Assembly: GCA_046757665.1 (NCBI GenBank)
Contig: JBHHYO010000036.1
Location: 1 to 27,797, forward strand
Origin: Nitrospinales bacterium
GTDB lineage: Bacteria > Nitrospinota > Nitrospinia > Nitrospinales > JAJDAT01
Direction: 5' to 3'
Length of the DNA: 27,797 bases
Below the pieces are notes generated by a model that ran no database searches, was not told the origin of the DNA, and saw only the letters and a program-made list of their open reading frames with translations. The translations under genes were made by a program, and so were the position numbers. This document shows positions 25,306 to 27,797 of this stretch, piece after piece (the first letter of the stretch is position 1; each line of letters starts with the position of its first letter).

Positions 25306-27492
25306 CTAGTTGGTGGAAAACGTGGGGTGAGGGGAGAAAATGGCGTTGTCATGGAACAAATCGTCAAACTGATAAAAAACCTGCGCCGAACCGCGGGGCG
25401 CTTCGATGTTGGCGATCAGAGACCCCCCGGCGGAAATCGGAGTCCCGTGGCTGTAAGTAAGATCCGCCCAATAGCCATCACTGTCATCCACGCCGTTTAT
25501 GAATAATGTCCCGTTGTTCGGGCTGATCCAGAGAAACGGTTTCCACAAGGGTGTGGGAGGAATAATATCCCCGCCAGCGGCCTGGTCCGGGTTCCTGAGA
25601 AAAGGAGGAAAACGGAGGGCGGTGTGAGTGGTGGCAGGGAAAGTGGGTTTACCGTCAACGATAGTCGGATTGGGAAATCCCGCGAAGGGAGGAAAATTCG
25701 CGGCGTTAGTGGGATGCAAATGCCTGATGTCCGGACAAAACGGTGGTGGGTCCAAAGCAACCTGAGCATCTGTGCACATGTTGGCGATCCCGTATCCTTC
25801 GGTTGCTCGTCCGATCGTCAGGCCGGCGCCTCCGTTAAGTTTGGGTTTGGGATTCTCATTCGTCCCGACGATAAAGGGAGGAGGATTGAAAGTGAAGTCA
25901 CCTCCTCGTACACCTGCGGAATACTGATAACCGGCGAACGTATCCCCCGCTCCATTGGTATAGGGTTGAAGCAATACCTGATCGGAAGCTCGGGGGAAGA
26001 CATCCGGCTGTGGATGCGCATCATGATGCGGACGGAATCCCCAACCGGCTCTCCACTGCATCTCGGCCACTTTGGGAGCTCCATAAGTGGGTTTGAAGTT
26101 CATTATTTCAAAACTATGGCTTCCAGCCTGGCAACAGTTGGCGATATCGTCGTGCAGGCGGGGTCCGAAATCCACGTTTCGAAAGTAATGGGTGTGGTTG
26201 TCCAGGTTGATCACTTTGACGCTAAACTGATCTCCCTGGTTCCAGCCGGGGATGCCCGGGCCGGCGGGGCCATCGGCGTACATCTCGTTGTTCATATAAA
26301 CGGAAACCATGCGGTAAGGCCCAAACTCGCCATTGGGGATTCCTTCCGCGTCCAGGATGTCCCGTGCCTCGGGGGGCAGTTGGCGCTGATTTTTTGCCAG
26401 GTCCGCCCACTGGTCCCAAGTACCGCTGGGGCTAATGTTCTCATCGTTGAGCATCGCATCAACTGTAGCCGCGCTGGCGCCGTTTAAGGCCGCCTGGGCG
26501 ACGGTGTACATTTTTTTCTCCGGGGCGGCATCGCTTATTCCCGCGAGGTCAAGCCCGCGATTGCGTACGGCGAAGGAAAGCCCCTGCGGCTCAAGTTGCG
26601 GCCCATCGAGATTAAAACCAGCTACCATATCTCCATAAGCATTAGTCGTTGTTTCTACTTCAAAAATGGGTTGCAGAAACTGGATTCGGGGAGGATGAAC
26701 GCGCCAGCCCCAGGTGTAGACGCCGCGGATCATTCGTAACGGTGGCAGAGCCATGGTGAATTCCATAATCTCGCCTCCGTTGAAAGGAAGCCAAACGCTG
26801 TCAAACCCTTTAAAGGGAAACGCTTCCGCCATGACTACCGTTGGAGCGAACTCTTCTCTCTCCACGCTATAGATTTTGTAATTAACTCGAAACGTATCGT
26901 TCGGATGAGCTTCCTTCGGAACCCGCACCAAAAACGTGTCGGCATCGATCTGCCCATCATAAAAAAACATGGCGACATCCACTTCCCAGATTTTCCGCGT
27001 GCCACCTACTCCCGGCTCCGTCAGACCCGTATCGACCAAACGTTTCGTCTTATATTCACCGGGGAAGTTATGATTGTAATTGAGCATGGGGAAACCATCA
27101 TAGATGCGCCCGGAAGTCGTTCCCTCCAGAATATCCATAAGCTCCTGGGCCGCGGCTGTCATGTCATTTCCCTTTTCGGCGGCCTTGGACAGGTTCGCTA
27201 ACGCCTTCTTCATATCATCATTGGGGCTATTTGCCGTAGTGATGACATTTCCCAATAAACTCAGGGAGCCTTCCGCGTCAGAATAGTTGACTACTCCATC
27301 GACCACATTCAGGGGAACATTGCCGTCGGCTTGGTCTGTATGTGGAATACGGAAGCCTTGGGGATGAAGAATTCCCGGATCGTTTGGATCGAGGGGACCT
27401 TGATGAACCGCGCCTGCAGATGTGACTGTAAAAGTCACCCCCATGACGGCGATGGTCAACAGATAAAACGCCTTCTTTAAATTGTTTTTCAT
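25306..27492 (-). CDS. Large secreted hypothetical protein (728 aa), Pro/Gly/His-rich
   Basis: AAGGAG RBS. Signal peptide ending SAGA. Motifs GRIYDGFPMLNYN, YTWGWRVHPPRIQF, DNHTHYFRNVDFG, FYQFDDLFHDNAIFSPHP. Confidence 0.88.
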   Translation of the reverse strand: MKNNLKKAFYLLTIAVMGVTFTVTSAGAVHQGPLDPNDPGILHPQGFRIPHTDQADGNVPLNVVDGVVNYSDAEGSLSLLGNVITTANSPNDDMKKALANLSKAAEKGNDMTAAAQELMDILEGTTSGRIYDGFPMLNYNHNFPGEYKTKRLVDTGLTEPGVGGTRKIWEVDVAMFFYDGQIDADTFLVRVPKEAHPNDTFRVNYKIYSVEREEFAPTVVMAEAFPFKGFDSVWLPFNGGEIMEFTMALPPLRMIRGVYTWGWRVHPPRIQFLQPIFEVETTTNAYGDMVAGFNLDGPQLEPQGLSFAVRNRGLDLAGISDAAPEKKMYTVAQAALNGASAATVDAMLNDENISPSGTWDQWADLAKNQRQLPPEARDILDAEGIPNGEFGPYRMVSVYMNNEMYADGPAGPGIPGWNQGDQFSVKVINLDNHTHYFRNVDFGPRLHDDIANCCQAGSHSFEIMNFKPTYGAPKVAEMQWRAGWGFRPHHDAHPQPDVFPRASDQVLLQPYTNGAGDTFAGYQYSAGVRGGDFTFNPPPFIVGTNENPKPKLNGGAGLTIGRATEGYGIANMCTDAQVALDPPPFCPDIRHLHPTNAANFPPFAGFPNPTIVDGKPTFPATTHTALRFPPFLRNPDQAAGGDIIPPTPLWKPFLWISPNNGTLFINGVDDSDGYWADLTYSHGTPISAGGSLIANIEAPRGSAQVFYQFDDLFHDNAIFSPHPTFSTN

Positions 27493-27509
27493 GATGAACA
27501 TGCTCCTTT

Positions 27510-27572
27510 TTAGGTGGTATGATGACTGAAACAACGCAGAGGACAAACCGATTTTGCCGCTTTCTTCGACAT
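27510..27572 (-). CDS. Candidate 20-aa upstream ORF, MSKKAAKSVCPLRCFSHHTT
   Basis: AAGGAGGGG about 10 nt before the ATG. The TAA runs directly into the AAGGAG RBS of the downstream gene. Confidence 0.35.
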   Translation of the reverse strand: MSKKAAKSVCPLRCFSHHTT

Positions 27573-27608
27573 GTTTATTTGTCCCCTCCTTCTTGGTGCC
27601 GAAGGTTC

Positions 27609-27747
27609 AACCGGTTCCTGATCGCCCCGGCGCTTTTGGCGCATTTGCCGGCCGGGAAAGCGCCTCGGACGATCGGATTACACTGTTCCGATCAAGCTTT
27701 GGGAACCGGTTTTGCCAGTCGAGCCTCATTGAGAGGCTTTTCCCGGC
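27609..27747 (-). ncRNA. Candidate structured cis-regulatory leader, no family recognised
   Basis: Pairings 27739-47/27651-59 (9 bp) and 27702-11/27609-18 (10 bp), plus hairpins at 27671-93 and 27722-38. Confidence 0.4.
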
Positions 27748-27797
27748 AACGAAAAAAAGATCCTTTCATTGCATCTGCACTTTTACCATAGAGAAAT

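Noticed and set aside
20765-27492. c-type cytochromes among the secreted proteins
   Set aside because: No CxxCH motif in any of them.
27600-27720. c-di-GMP-I riboswitch, suggested by GGCAAA motifs on the minus strand
   Set aside because: Lacks the GAAA tetraloop stem and the following GACGCAAAG/P2 consensus. Kept only as an unclassified structured leader.
1-27797. CRISPR array, tRNA/rRNA, transposase or integrase
   Set aside because: No regularly spaced repeats, cloverleafs or recombinase motifs were recognised by eye.

Overview
Bacterial chromosomal window, roughly 55-60% GC. The gene repertoire and protein styles suggest Nitrospinota or a deltaproteobacterial-like lineage (inference only). 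About 750-19520 is mostly housekeeping: a RomR-like polarity response regulator directly upstream of valS, then pepF, two conserved hypotheticals, dacB, a PfkB/adenosine kinase, a BamE-like lipoprotein, a HAD phosphatase, mpl, a radical-SAM-like protein lacking its cluster motif, an intact radical SAM protein, a thioredoxin-like protein and a UPF0182 membrane protein. About 19600-27797 is an accessory, mostly minus-strand block: an HDOD protein, a 682-aa secreted protein, a CRP-type regulator, a 77-aa secreted peptide, an STN-like protein and a 728-aa secreted His-rich protein. Highlights: (i) a near-consensus CRP box overlaps the regulator's own stop codon, centred at -41.5 from a candidate -10 for the small peptide gene; (ii) the two otherwise dissimilar large secreted proteins share a homologous leader/RBS/signal-peptide cassette; (iii) a heavily structured leader with a 20-codon Cys/His uORF precedes the 728-aa gene; (iv) the RomR-like protein carries duplicated PopZ-H1-like helices. 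No rRNA, tRNA, CRISPR array or transposase was recognised. All family assignments are from motif recognition by eye, not database searches.
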